A stretch of 64,000 bases of DNA, from NCBI GenBank assembly GCA_965207375.1, contig OZ242274.1, positions 256,001 through 320,000 on the forward strand, given 5' to 3'. The stretch comes from Nitrosopumilaceae archaeon. GTDB taxonomy: Archaea; Thermoproteota; Nitrososphaeria; Nitrososphaerales; Nitrosopumilaceae. Under the pieces are notes generated by a model. It was not told where the DNA came from. It ran no database searches and was given only the letters and a program-made list of their open reading frames with translations. The translations under genes and the position numbers were made by a program. The number at the start of each line of letters is the position of its first letter. Position 1 is the first letter of the stretch. Below are positions 40,596-51,039 of the stretch, in pieces.

Positions 40596-41072
40596 TTGGT
40601 AACAAACTACATTTCAGAAAAGGCAAAGATAGGCAGCAATGTGAAAATATGGCATTTTAGCTATATTGGAGACAATTCGGAGATAGGAGACAATGTAATG
40701 ATTGGCTCACTAGCACACATAGATCGTGATGTGAAAATTGGAGAAAATTCCAGAATTGAGGCAATGGTTTACCTTCCGCCGTTGACACGCATTGGAAAAA
40801 ACGTCTTTCTGGGTCCAAATGCAACAGTAACAAATGATCCGTATCCTATGTGCAATAAAATGGTAGGAGTTACAATTGAGGATGGTGCAGTAATTGGTGC
40901 AAAGGCTGTACTAAAGGCCGGAATAACTGTTGGCAAAGACAGCGTTGTTGCAATGGGGGCAATAGTCACAAAGGACGTACCAGAGGGCACAGTTGTCAAG
41001 GGAGTTCCTGCAAAGGTGGTCTATACCAGAGCAGAGTATGACAAAAAAAAATTCGCATGGCAGAATTCGTAA
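40596..41072 (+). CDS. Hexapeptide-repeat N-acetyltransferase (WbpD-like)
   Basis: Left-handed beta-helix repeats, IWHFS, TNDPYP and GVPAK motifs. Confidence 0.88.
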   Translation: MVTNYISEKAKIGSNVKIWHFSYIGDNSEIGDNVMIGSLAHIDRDVKIGENSRIEAMVYLPPLTRIGKNVFLGPNATVTNDPYPMCNKMVGVTIEDGAVIGAKAVLKAGITVGKDSVVAMGAIVTKDVPEGTVVKGVPAKVVYTRAEYDKKKFAWQNS

Positions 41073-41210
41073 TTATATCAGTTTTTCAGGCCGTAATGCT
41101 AGAGTCTATTTGATCCTGTGTGCGAGTCTGATAATTTAGTTTCTGTAAAAAGGACGCAGATAAATGGGATTTGTATGATCTTCATTTTGATTTATTGTCA
41201 AAAATGGTGG

Positions 41211-41656
41211 TCATCTTTTGGGAACAGCCCATACGGCGTTTCCTAAGACAACTAGTTTTTTGCAAAGCTTCAAGTTTTTCCAGCGTTTTGGCAATATTTT
41301 CTCTTGGTAAAAGATCAATGCCGTGCCAAAAAAGATGAAATCAAATTTTTCTAGATTGAATTTTTCTACATCGCGTATGTCTCCGTGAATTATGATATAG
41401 ATGTCAGTATTAGAAAATTTTGTCTTTAGAAATGTTACATTTTCTGAAAATATTTCCAAGATTGTAATGTTTGAAAATTTCTTTTTCTCAAAAATATCAA
41501 AAGTGCTAGGCATCTTTTATTTGCCCCGACATAAAGAACGCTTTTAAAATCTGATGAAAAAAGTTGGGGAATCCATTGGTCTGTCAGTCTTTCACGCTCA
41601 ATCTGAAGATTGTTTTTATCCCTGATAATGATTGATTCTGAGGCGTCTAAAAACAT
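41211..41656 (-). pseudogene. Frameshifted class I SAM-methyltransferase-like gene
   Basis: Motifs spread over several frames: SVLYVGA; ITILEI..GDIRD..FDFIF; FWHGIDLL. Confidence 0.65.
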
Positions 41657-41659
41657 ATC

Positions 41660-42427
41660 CTAATTGGTGATGAGGTTTTTTTGGATCATGGTACACATTT
41701 GTTTTCCGGTACAAAACCTTACATCATGAGAATCCAACAGTTTCATAATTTCAGAATACATACGGCCGCCCCTCATTTGCAGGACATTATCATGCCATAT
41801 GAGGGAAATAATTTTATCATTTCTTTGCAATATAGCATCAAAAAAGCTAAGAATATTATCTTCGTTGATGCCCATGCATGCAAAAAGAAATACATCTGCT
41901 ACTGTCACAGGAAATTGAATTATCTCCTTTTGATAAAATCCAAAGTCATCATCTACTAGCTCGGTTTTGGAAAATTTCAAAGATGAATCGTATTTGAATC
42001 CCACCTCTGCCAATTTAGATGGCAGTGCATCATTGTAATTTAGATAGTGAACTCTGTTGCCTATTATCTTGTTTTTAGTAATGCTAGATAGTTGTTCGTA
42101 TTCGTGTTTTATGTCGCTTGTTTGATAAATTGATTGGGGGTCTAAATGCAGTCCTATCTCCCACCCTGACTGCTCAAGCTCGTTTATTTGGTTTTTATAT
42201 TCTAAAAAATCGCCATTTTCGTATTTTGTTCTGAAAAAAAACGTTGAACGACAGCCATATTTTTCCTCTATATTCATGATTTCATTAAAATTGTTATAAG
42301 GATTAACAGAGTCCAAATTGTCTAGAACTGATTTATCAAAACGTTCTTTTCTGTCTAAGATGTGCTGTTTGGGAGGACCTGAAAATCTCCAATCAACATC
42401 GTGTGACAGAAAAACAAATTTTTCCAT
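41660..42427 (-). CDS. Polysaccharide deacetylase family protein
   Basis: SHDVD, STFFF, EIGLH, RVHYL, YDSS and WH motifs. Confidence 0.85.
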   Translation of the reverse strand: MEKFVFLSHDVDWRFSGPPKQHILDRKERFDKSVLDNLDSVNPYNNFNEIMNIEEKYGCRSTFFFRTKYENGDFLEYKNQINELEQSGWEIGLHLDPQSIYQTSDIKHEYEQLSSITKNKIIGNRVHYLNYNDALPSKLAEVGFKYDSSLKFSKTELVDDDFGFYQKEIIQFPVTVADVFLFACMGINEDNILSFFDAILQRNDKIISLIWHDNVLQMRGGRMYSEIMKLLDSHDVRFCTGKQMCTMIQKNLITN

Positions 42428-42478
42428 AACACAAAAATCCAGATTACTAGTTTAAGGATTTCCATCAAATCATGAGAA

Positions 42479-43171
42479 TTAGTCCGTGGAGATAATTTTT
42501 GGATCAGGTGCTTCATACACACTATTTTTGGCAGTGTCGGATTTTACAAATACGTTAGCTCCGACAAATGTTTTTTCTGCAATCTTTATGTGCTGTTTGA
42601 TGGTACAGTGCAATCCTAATGTGGCACCAGAATTAATTGTTACTCTGCCTGCCACACAAACACTAGTTGTAATAAAGCAGTGATCATCTATATTTGTATG
42701 ATGACCTACAATATTTGAGGAAAGCATTATGACATTATTTCCCATGCAAACATGGGGTTCAAAGTTGTTGTTTGCAAGAATAATGCAGTTTTCTCCCATT
42801 TTTGTTGTTTTGTGCAATATGCTGGTTGCGTGAATGTAATTTACAAGACAGTACCCTTTGGATTTTACGCGCTCAAATACGTTTTTGCGTTTCTGATTAC
42901 GTTTGGAAAAACCAATCACGATTAGCATTTTGTAGGTATCTGGAGGATATTTGCTCTGAATTTGTGCAAAATCTACAATCGGCAAGCCATTTAATTGATT
43001 CTGTGTAGGGTTGTCTTGAGTATATGCTATGATTTCAAATTGCTGGTCCTCTTCAATATAGTCGTGTAATATTTGAGCCAATTGACCGGTTCCAAAAATA
43101 ATAATTTTTTCCAACGTAAATTTTGGTCTGTTCAAATTATAAAAAGTAATCCATAATCTAGTCATTTGCAT
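42479..43171 (-). CDS. NeuD/PglD-like sugar acetyltransferase
   Basis: IIFGTGQLA Rossmann-like N-terminus plus hexapeptide repeats; true start probably further downstream. Confidence 0.85.
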   Translation of the reverse strand: MQMTRLWITFYNLNRPKFTLEKIIIFGTGQLAQILHDYIEEDQQFEIIAYTQDNPTQNQLNGLPIVDFAQIQSKYPPDTYKMLIVIGFSKRNQKRKNVFERVKSKGYCLVNYIHATSILHKTTKMGENCIILANNNFEPHVCMGNNVIMLSSNIVGHHTNIDDHCFITTSVCVAGRVTINSGATLGLHCTIKQHIKIAEKTFVGANVFVKSDTAKNSVYEAPDPKIISTD

Positions 43172-43191
43172 CTAGATTTTACAATGTGTTT

Positions 43192-43419
43192 TTAATTTTG
43201 AAACATTTTGTTAAAAGCCCATTTTTTCATTTTGGATAATATGACTATCCAAACAACTACTAGTGCGATTGCAATTACTGCCTTGATACCTGAGGATAAA
43301 ACTTGATCAAAATCCCCGAATCCTGAAATTGAGATTGGGGCAAGAACTGTAACCATGATTCCACCACCTAAAATCATCAAGACCCACATGCAAAAAATAA
43401 ATCCATACAGAGACCTCAA
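43192..43419 (-). CDS. Small two-TM hypothetical protein
   Basis: Two hydrophobic helices; overlaps the upstream gene's stop. Confidence 0.7.
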   Translation of the reverse strand: MRSLYGFIFCMWVLMILGGGIMVTVLAPISISGFGDFDQVLSSGIKAVIAIALVVVWIVILSKMKKWAFNKMFQN

Positions 43420-44408
43420 ATTCTTACCCCCATCAGATAAGCCGATATCACAGACAGGATTCCAGAAAATACTGTCAATCTGAAAATTACATTTGCAATC
43501 TGCCTGTCAGTAAGGGGAGATTTAGATACAATAATTCTCAATAATGAGATTGGGACCTGTGGATCTTTTACAGCCTTGAGTTTGAAATCCTCGGTGAGAA
43601 CTACAGGCTTTGAGGTGATTTGACGATGTTCGGCAAAACGCTTCACGCTTGCCAAAAACAAAAATGAATTAACTACTGCAGGCAAAAGTGCGATTGCTGC
43701 TACGATTTCAACAGATCCTACAACGGCTAGCGTTCCATACATGGCACCTAGGGTCAGGGTTCCTGAATCTCCTGGAAATATGCGGCTCGGATTCTTGTGA
43801 TACTTGTAAAATGCCAACGAAATAAAAATCAGCGGAAGACTAGCAATTGCAATCTCATAGTTTCCTACTATAACCAAAGATATTGACAGGCAGATACTTG
43901 CAATGCTCATAAATCCACTGGCTACGCCATTTAGAATATCAATAGAGTTTATGGTGTTTCCTGTAATTGGAATTATCAATACTATGATCCCTAGGTACAG
44001 TAGTGGAATTTTGACATCACCAAATAGCGGAAACGTAAGGTTCGTATCGTATGCTCCAAGCAAAATTATGGGAACAGCAGCCACTACAAGGGCTAGTGGT
44101 TTAAACCATCCTCCCATCACTCGTCTGTCATCGATATAGCCTATCACAAACGCCAAAAGACTTGTGACCATAATGGCTAAAATGGCAACATTTTGAATAA
44201 ATCCGTAAAGAACTGCCTCTGATACTAGGATTCCAATTATAATTGTGATCCCTCCGGGTCGCGCTATTTGCGGCTTGGTCTTTTTGTGAACATCAGGAAC
44301 CGTATAATTGTGACGTACCAGATACTTTATCAAACTAGGAGTTAGGGCATACACGACAACAAATGCGGCAGCAGACGCAGCTATGGCACCGGCGATGTAT
44401 TCTATCAA
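43416..44408 (-). CDS. MraY/GPT-family polyprenyl-phosphate HexNAc-1-phosphate transferase (AglH-like)
   Basis: GYIDD, NSIDILNG and IFPGDSG motifs, multiple TM helices. Confidence 0.9.
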   Translation of the reverse strand: MIEYIAGAIAASAAAFVVVYALTPSLIKYLVRHNYTVPDVHKKTKPQIARPGGITIIIGILVSEAVLYGFIQNVAILAIMVTSLLAFVIGYIDDRRVMGGWFKPLALVVAAVPIILLGAYDTNLTFPLFGDVKIPLLYLGIIVLIIPITGNTINSIDILNGVASGFMSIASICLSISLVIVGNYEIAIASLPLIFISLAFYKYHKNPSRIFPGDSGTLTLGAMYGTLAVVGSVEIVAAIALLPAVVNSFLFLASVKRFAEHRQITSKPVVLTEDFKLKAVKDPQVPISLLRIIVSKSPLTDRQIANVIFRLTVFSGILSVISAYLMGVRI

Positions 44409-44409
44409 T

Positions 44410-46539
44410 CTATCTCACCTTTAGCAGCTGAGATTTTATATCCTGTGCAAGCCTTGGGCCTATTTTGTCAATTTTTGCCAATTGTGCAGCAGATGTGCCT
44501 CTAAGATCATCGAGATTTCGGATGCCGTGCCTGAAGAGAATTCTTGAACGTACCCTTGCCACGCCCTTGATTTTAACCAAATCTACTAGTTCCTCTTTTA
44601 TTCCAAAAGACAAGCGTTTTCGTAACACGTCAAATTCCTCAAGCAAATCTGCACGATCAAACTCTTTTGCAATTTCTCTCAAACAGTAGACTAGCCAATC
44701 AGCAGTCTCTGTCATCCTGTACATGTCTCCTGATTCAACGTTTAGAGTATCAGACAAGGACAGCTCAGAAGACTCTGTAATCCAGAAATACATGGCAAGT
44801 AGGCTCCTATTGCAATCATACTCAGAAATAGGCTCTAGTAATTCTGAAGAGTTGTTTTCAACAAGCAGACTAGCCTTTTCATAATCCTTGTTTCTAAGAT
44901 TGAATTTTGGAAAAAACTCCTCACAGCCTGACACTAGGTGTAAAAATCCAAAGGTGTGTTTTCTGCCTTTAGATACATTTCTTAGGGACTTTTTAAAACC
45001 GGCAGCAGTTTTTGGATCGATATAAAGTCTTGATGTTTTTTTACCAAAATCCGTTGCAGCATACCTGTCGCCTTTTTTGACAAGCAACTCTTCATTTAGG
45101 AGAAAGCGCAGTGCCACATTGACTGCAAATTTGAGACTAGCCTTTCCTATCTGCAAGCCTCCAAGTGTATTTAAAAAGAAATCTAAAATTTCTTGCTGTC
45201 TCAGGCCCGGATTGGTAACTATGACGCTGAGAACATGAATACGCAATGACTTGTCGCTGCCAATTTTTGACTCGATGGGCTCAGGCTCTCCCCTGATGTA
45301 GTAATCTATCAATTCATCTGCGATAAAATTGCCTGCCACCATTATTGCCTCTCCAAAATCATCGTATTGCGGTCTGCCCGCACGACCACAAAGCTGTTTG
45401 TATTCTAAAACACTTATTGGCTTGTTTGCACCCTCTTTTACATCATATCTGCTTATGCTGGAAATTATCACGCGTCGTGCAGGCAAATTTACCCCTGCAG
45501 CCAAGGTAGGCGTAGAACAAATCAATTTGATTGCACCTTTGCGAAATTGAGTCTCTACTGTCTCCCTACAGTTCTGATTCAACCCTGCATGGTGAAATGC
45601 AACTCCATATCTTGTTGATTCGGCAAGGCGCTTTACTAGTTTGGTGTGCTCGTTATTTTTTAGAATTTTTTCAGATGTTTGTGCAAGCTCTTCGACTTCA
45701 TCCTTGCTGAGAAACTTGGCAATTGCATTGCATGCTTTAGTTGCCAAGGAGACACAACGAGTGCGGGTTTCTGCAAAGACTAGTGACTGTCCTCCTTCTT
45801 TTACACAATGTACTGCCAAATCAACAGCCGTGCCGCCGATACTAGATTCAATCTCAAAATCCTTACCATCAGGCATAGTTACCATGTCTGTTTCGCACAC
45901 TCCCTCAGAAAGCGGCACCGGCCTCCAGGTATTTTCAACGAGGTTACATCCTAACCATTTTGCAATTTGCCCAGAATTTGTCACAGTTGCACTAAGGCCG
46001 ATAATCTGTGGGCCCGGATCTAATCGTTTCAGTCTAGAGAGAACCATCTCAAGTGTAGGACCTCTGTCCTGATCACCAATAAGATGAACCTCATCTGCAA
46101 TTACTAGCCTAATATCATCAATCCATTCTGCATTGTGTCGAATTATCGAGTCCATCTTTTCGTTTGTCAGTACCAAAACATTGCTTGATTCTAGGCTTTT
46201 TTCCAAATTTTCAAAATCACCGGTTGATATTGCCACCTTGATTTTCCTATCTAGTGGAATTTTTTCCATCTTTTTAAACTCACAATATTTTTCAAAGGCT
46301 AGTGCACGAAGCGGGCTTAGATATACTGCCTTGCCCCCGTTTTTGTCTAGATGACTTAGTATGGCCAAAATGGCGATCAGTGTCTTGCCGCTTGCCGTAG
46401 GGGCAGATACCAGTATGCTGTCTCCATCTAATAATCCAGAGTCGACACTGTCTTTTTGAGGCGGATAAAGTTTTTTGAATCCTTGAGAATCAAGAAATTC
46501 CAATACAGGTCTTGCAAGCTTTAACTGTGAAATCTTCAT
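44410..46539 (-). CDS. hel308: Ski2-like helicase Hel308/Hjm
   Basis: PTASGKT, DEVH, LSAT, GRAGRPQYD and C-terminal HhH. Confidence 0.93.
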   Translation of the reverse strand: MKISQLKLARPVLEFLDSQGFKKLYPPQKDSVDSGLLDGDSILVSAPTASGKTLIAILAILSHLDKNGGKAVYLSPLRALAFEKYCEFKKMEKIPLDRKIKVAISTGDFENLEKSLESSNVLVLTNEKMDSIIRHNAEWIDDIRLVIADEVHLIGDQDRGPTLEMVLSRLKRLDPGPQIIGLSATVTNSGQIAKWLGCNLVENTWRPVPLSEGVCETDMVTMPDGKDFEIESSIGGTAVDLAVHCVKEGGQSLVFAETRTRCVSLATKACNAIAKFLSKDEVEELAQTSEKILKNNEHTKLVKRLAESTRYGVAFHHAGLNQNCRETVETQFRKGAIKLICSTPTLAAGVNLPARRVIISSISRYDVKEGANKPISVLEYKQLCGRAGRPQYDDFGEAIMVAGNFIADELIDYYIRGEPEPIESKIGSDKSLRIHVLSVIVTNPGLRQQEILDFFLNTLGGLQIGKASLKFAVNVALRFLLNEELLVKKGDRYAATDFGKKTSRLYIDPKTAAGFKKSLRNVSKGRKHTFGFLHLVSGCEEFFPKFNLRNKDYEKASLLVENNSSELLEPISEYDCNRSLLAMYFWITESSELSLSDTLNVESGDMYRMTETADWLVYCLREIAKEFDRADLLEEFDVLRKRLSFGIKEELVDLVKIKGVARVRSRILFRHGIRNLDDLRGTSAAQLAKIDKIGPRLAQDIKSQLLKVR

Positions 46540-48629
46540 ACTCGGTTATAATGACCTGGTTTTGATTCATAAATAGATGCTTCGCGAAGCATTCTTTGAA
46601 GGAATTTTCTTGCCTCTTCTTCTGTAAACTTTTCTGTTTTTTCCAATTCTTTAACAAAGAGTTTTTCCTCTACTGCGGTTTTAGTCTCGCCCTCTAGTGA
46701 TTTTAAAACATCCATGAACAGCTGCATTTTGGATACCTCGCTTCTAGGCTTTCCTTGCAACACCCCGAGATCGACTTTGCCTGTATTGACGTCTACTCCT
46801 GCATCTTGAAGCATACTTTGAATGAGAAATATTGCCCGCTCTGCATCCTCTTCTTCAACGTGGTTTTTCATCAATAGTCTGGCACGTGCAGTAGACAGAC
46901 GGATTATTCCTTCTAGTTGTCTGGGGGTTACAGTAATCATCTCCTCGCTTTCAACTGTTCTCATTTTGAGATAGTATTGTAGGATTTTCTCCTCTGCCTC
47001 CTTTGTAAGTTCGGGCTGGCTGCGTTTTGCATATGCAAGATATTTTGTAAGAAGATCAACGTCAATTAGTGAGCGGCTATCTGTTCCCTGTGGAGTGTGC
47101 AGTTCAATAATGTGACGTGCAATTCTTTCATCTTTTTCCTTTGTTGGAATATCTCTTACTACAAAAATCAGGTCAAATCTAGTAAGGAGGGGAATTGGAA
47201 GATTTACATTTTCTGTTATATTTTTGAAAGGGTCATACTTTCCATACATGGGATTTGCAGCAGACAAGATAGATGTTCTAGCATTTAGAGTAGCTACAAT
47301 ACCCCCCTTGGCAATACTTGCTGATTGCTGTTCCATGACTTCGTGTAGGGCACTTCGGTCTTCTGGTTTCATTTTATCAAATTCGTCAATACATACAAGA
47401 CCCTGATCACCTAGTACAACTGCACCTGCCTCAAGCATCATGATTCCAGTCTTGTCTCTTACTACTGCAGCAGTAAGACCTGCAGCCGTTGAACCTCTGC
47501 CGGATGTATAAAGCCCCCTCGGTGCAATTCGTGCACAAAACTTTAGCATTTCACTTTTTGCAGTACCTGGGTCACCTACAAGAAATATGTTAATGTCGCC
47601 CCTGATTTTACTTCCATCAGCCAATGTACGCTGGGTAGAGCCTACAATCAACAAAAGAATGGCTTCCTTGATTAATGTTTGACCCTGTATGTGTGGGGCA
47701 AAAGAGTCAATCAATCTCTGATAGATATCCGGACTTTTTGCATGTGATCTGATCATTTTTTCCTCCTCTGGGGAAATTTCCTCCCGATCTGCCTTTCTTT
47801 GTGTCTTTGAGCCCTTGCCGCCAAGAAATTCTATATTGTTTCCGTCAATTCTTAATCTGTATACGCCGCTGTTGACCTTGCTGACGCCTGCAATTGGCTC
47901 TTGTTCTATTCTTACAATGCCTGTTAGAATTATTCTGTCGCCGGGACGTGCATTATCTACCAAATCCTGCTTGATTGTGACATCAATATAGTGGGGCAAT
48001 TGTCCTGGGGGCAGGTCCTCAGGCAATTCTTGTAATCGAAGTATCTGAAAATCTATGAATTTACTGGCATCAGGCTTTACCTCAAGATCCCTGTTGGCAC
48101 ATTTTGGATTTGAGCATTTGGAGGGTGCATTTACACTCATTCCCTTTTCTAAGAAAATTTGCGTTATGTGATTTTCAGCACATACGTAGATAATCTCCTT
48201 TGCAAGTGGCTTTACTTCAGATGAACGTACAACCATTCCTGAAACACTAGTCATTTTACTAATTACTTCTGCATTGATCTGCCTCAAGCTTCGCTGAACC
48301 GGATAATTGACAATGCGGACTCTGGTCTCATCTTTGATTTTTTCTGCATACTGTGGGAATTTTTCCTGTAGAATTTCGTTAACTGCATGTGCAAATGCAT
48401 CTAGAACTATATCGGGCTGTTCATTGAAGATAGATTCAATTTCAGACTCTGTGACTAGATCGTTGTAATCTATTACAATAAACTTTGCCTGTTTTGACAT
48501 CATCTGATCAATTTCTTCTACATAGGAATACAAACGATCTTTGCTCTTGAATTGAATCAGAAATTCTTTGATTTTGTCAGATAATCCTGATTGTGAAAAT
48601 GTCTGGGATTCAGCACTCATCATTATCAC
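46536..48629 (-). CDS. mcm: MCM replicative helicase
   Basis: GDPGTAKS, IDEFDKM, TRFD and TPRQLE motifs. Confidence 0.97.
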   Translation of the reverse strand: MIMMSAESQTFSQSGLSDKIKEFLIQFKSKDRLYSYVEEIDQMMSKQAKFIVIDYNDLVTESEIESIFNEQPDIVLDAFAHAVNEILQEKFPQYAEKIKDETRVRIVNYPVQRSLRQINAEVISKMTSVSGMVVRSSEVKPLAKEIIYVCAENHITQIFLEKGMSVNAPSKCSNPKCANRDLEVKPDASKFIDFQILRLQELPEDLPPGQLPHYIDVTIKQDLVDNARPGDRIILTGIVRIEQEPIAGVSKVNSGVYRLRIDGNNIEFLGGKGSKTQRKADREEISPEEEKMIRSHAKSPDIYQRLIDSFAPHIQGQTLIKEAILLLIVGSTQRTLADGSKIRGDINIFLVGDPGTAKSEMLKFCARIAPRGLYTSGRGSTAAGLTAAVVRDKTGIMMLEAGAVVLGDQGLVCIDEFDKMKPEDRSALHEVMEQQSASIAKGGIVATLNARTSILSAANPMYGKYDPFKNITENVNLPIPLLTRFDLIFVVRDIPTKEKDERIARHIIELHTPQGTDSRSLIDVDLLTKYLAYAKRSQPELTKEAEEKILQYYLKMRTVESEEMITVTPRQLEGIIRLSTARARLLMKNHVEEEDAERAIFLIQSMLQDAGVDVNTGKVDLGVLQGKPRSEVSKMQLFMDVLKSLEGETKTAVEEKLFVKELEKTEKFTEEEARKFLQRMLREASIYESKPGHYNRV

Positions 48630-49134
48630 CTAAAATTTTTTCTTTAAAGTTTTTGCTGTTTTGATATATTGTGTTGTAAAATACCTTCTCTTCTACTGTT
48701 AATTTTTGGGCAATTTCTGCAGTTAACTTTGAGGAATCAGCTATGCGGATGATCTTACCTTGTCTTTTTCTAACAAGAGAGTTTAACATGCTGCCAGCCT
48801 TGTCTTTGTCAGATTCAGAAAATCGTCTCAGATATGCACGAAGCTTTATGTAAAAATAAGGTTCTAGTGTTGCAACCTCAAATTCGCCCTGAACATTTTC
48901 TTTTACCACTGCCTGTTTTAACTCTACTACCATGTCGGTATCTTGTATCTTGCCATGCTTTTCAGATTCAAGCACGTTTGCTACCCATCTAGGAAGATTC
49001 AGGATTTCGCCCTGCTTTGCCTCTACATGAACGCTAGATACGTCAATTTTAATATCGTGATTAAAGGATACCTTGACATCTTCTAGGTTAAATCCTGCCG
49101 TGCTAGCCTTGACGACATCATCTATATCAGTCAT
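48610..49134 (-). CDS. GINS subunit (Gins23-type)
   Basis: LPRWVA motif; directly upstream of mcm. Confidence 0.85.
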   Translation of the reverse strand: MTDIDDVVKASTAGFNLEDVKVSFNHDIKIDVSSVHVEAKQGEILNLPRWVANVLESEKHGKIQDTDMVVELKQAVVKENVQGEFEVATLEPYFYIKLRAYLRRFSESDKDKAGSMLNSLVRKRQGKIIRIADSSKLTAEIAQKLTVEEKVFYNTIYQNSKNFKEKILGDNDEC

Positions 49135-49326
49135 ATTGGAATTTCTCACACCATCTCATGTATGGGATCGATCATTTCTGTTAACACTTTGGTTAGTTCA
49201 ATTGATCCTGTTGTTTGCTCACGCATGAAATACCATGTCAGTTGTGTCTTTTGTATGAGAGTTATTCTGAAATAACCTAGCTAGATTCGTAATGTCATTT
49301 ATTAGTGGAGTTTTGTCAATATCGTC

Positions 49327-50277
49327 ATGTCAGCTGATATGATGTGGGTAGAAAAATACCGACCGCAAAAGCTTTCTGAAATTGTAAATCAAAAAGATGT
49401 TATTGGTAGCATTAGTGCACTAATAAAAAACGCATCAGAAATGCCACATTTGCTATTTTCTGGTTCTGCCGGTGTGGGCAAAACAACTGCGGCACTGTGT
49501 ATTGTAAAGGAGACACTAGGTGATGTTTGGAAGGAATACACCCTAGAACTCAATGCATCTGATGAAAGGGGAATAAACATGGTACGTGAAAAGGTAAAAA
49601 AATTCTCTAGATTTGCAGGAATTTCAGACATCCCGTTTAAATTTATCATATTGGATGAGGCAGACGAAATGACATCTGATGCACAGACTGCATTGCGTCG
49701 TATTATCGAAGACACTGCAAAATTTTGTAGATTTATAATTATTGCAAACAATATATCAAAAATAATAGATCCCATTCAGAGCAGATGTGCGATTTTCAAA
49801 TTCACATCTATTGCTCAAGATGAAATTATAAAGCATCTGGAAACAATTACAAAAAAGGAAAAAATCAAAGCTGACGCAAAGGGATTGAAATCTATTTTTG
49901 AATATTGTGAGGGTGATTTGCGTCATGCAATTAATTTATTGCAGGCAACTGCTAGTTTAGGCAAAGTTTCTGAAGATACTGTAAGATCATCGGCTGGCTT
50001 GACTAAAACAAATGATGTTGATGGTGTTCTCAAACTAGCACTAGATGGAAAATTAACAGCTGCAAGAGACAAAATGATAGAATTGATCAAGGTATACGGA
50101 ATGTCTGAATCAGACTTTTTGAAATATATAAATTCTGCAATATTTAAGACAAAAACTGCCAACCCAAGCTCAATACTGCAAATCATTGCAAAATACGATT
50201 ATAGAATACTTGTAGGCGCAAATCCTGAAATTCAGCTATCTGCAATGCTTGCCGAATTGGGAAATCTCAAAAATTAA
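49327..50277 (+). CDS. rfcS: Replication factor C small subunit
   Basis: WVEKYRP, GVGKTT, ELNASDERG, DEAD and SRC motifs. Confidence 0.96.
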   Translation: MSADMMWVEKYRPQKLSEIVNQKDVIGSISALIKNASEMPHLLFSGSAGVGKTTAALCIVKETLGDVWKEYTLELNASDERGINMVREKVKKFSRFAGISDIPFKFIILDEADEMTSDAQTALRRIIEDTAKFCRFIIIANNISKIIDPIQSRCAIFKFTSIAQDEIIKHLETITKKEKIKADAKGLKSIFEYCEGDLRHAINLLQATASLGKVSEDTVRSSAGLTKTNDVDGVLKLALDGKLTAARDKMIELIKVYGMSESDFLKYINSAIFKTKTANPSSILQIIAKYDYRILVGANPEIQLSAMLAELGNLKN

Positions 50278-50349
50278 AGCGCACTATAGTTAGTGTAATA
50301 ACCCTGACTAAATTCTATTTCAAACATACAAAATTACGCATGAAATTAG

Positions 50350-50422
50350 AGGTACTTGTTCACCTTGTGCCTAAATCATTCCATTATGTCTGAAACATCA
50401 GGCACGAGATAAACAAGTACCT
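50350..50422 (+). mobile_element. 73-bp hairpin/MITE
   Basis: 23-bp imperfect IR AGGTACTTGTTCACCTTGTGCCT / AGGCACGAGATAAACAAGTACCT; decayed homolog at 59868-59950. Confidence 0.7.
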
Positions 50423-50434
50423 TTTTGATATTTT

Positions 50435-50511
50435 AGATATGATTCGTATTTAGATCTAGGCACGGATTTTTGCTCTTGTTAGGCGTGGTTTTCTAATTAT
50501 GAATCACCTTT
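50435..50511 (-). mobile_element. 77-bp MITE with ISL2-like ends (copy 2)
   Basis: Reverse-complement homolog of 8906-8982. Confidence 0.75.
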
Positions 50512-50837
50512 TTGTATAATTGAAGGAATTTCAGGCAGAGCCAATTCAGAGTAATCTATGTGTTGGTTTTTCGTCAACTAGCAAAGAATTTGCGTCTCCA
50601 TATCTTTGAATAATCTTTAGATTTATGGTTAGCTTTAGATAAGCGACATGATTTTCGTACAATAGAACAAGATCATAGAATTTAGAAAATATTCTATTTG
50701 ACACGTAATGATTTTAAAATTACTACACGTTATAGTATAGAGATTACAGTCACACGTTTGATCATTACATGTTTGACCTATTCATAAATTTTCATGCCCA
50801 GCGCTTTGTTCAGTAACAAAATAGTCTGGTTTACATT

Positions 50838-50934
50838 AGATCTTATACATAATCGAATTTTGAATTAAAAATGTTAAATTTTTAGTATTAAATTGAAAAT
50901 TTTATTTTGAATTGTTCAATTATACATGAAATCT
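50838..50934 (+). mobile_element. 97-bp MITE, AGA-ended family
   Basis: ATT TSD; direct repeat of 52206-52302. Confidence 0.82.
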
Positions 50935-51039
50935 ATTTTGTTTAAATGTTTATTTCATAATTTAGGCAGTCGTTGTATTTTACCGTCTAGCTAAAACAAA
51001 TTTGCAAGTTAAGTTTATTAAATTTAAATTCGTAGTTGA

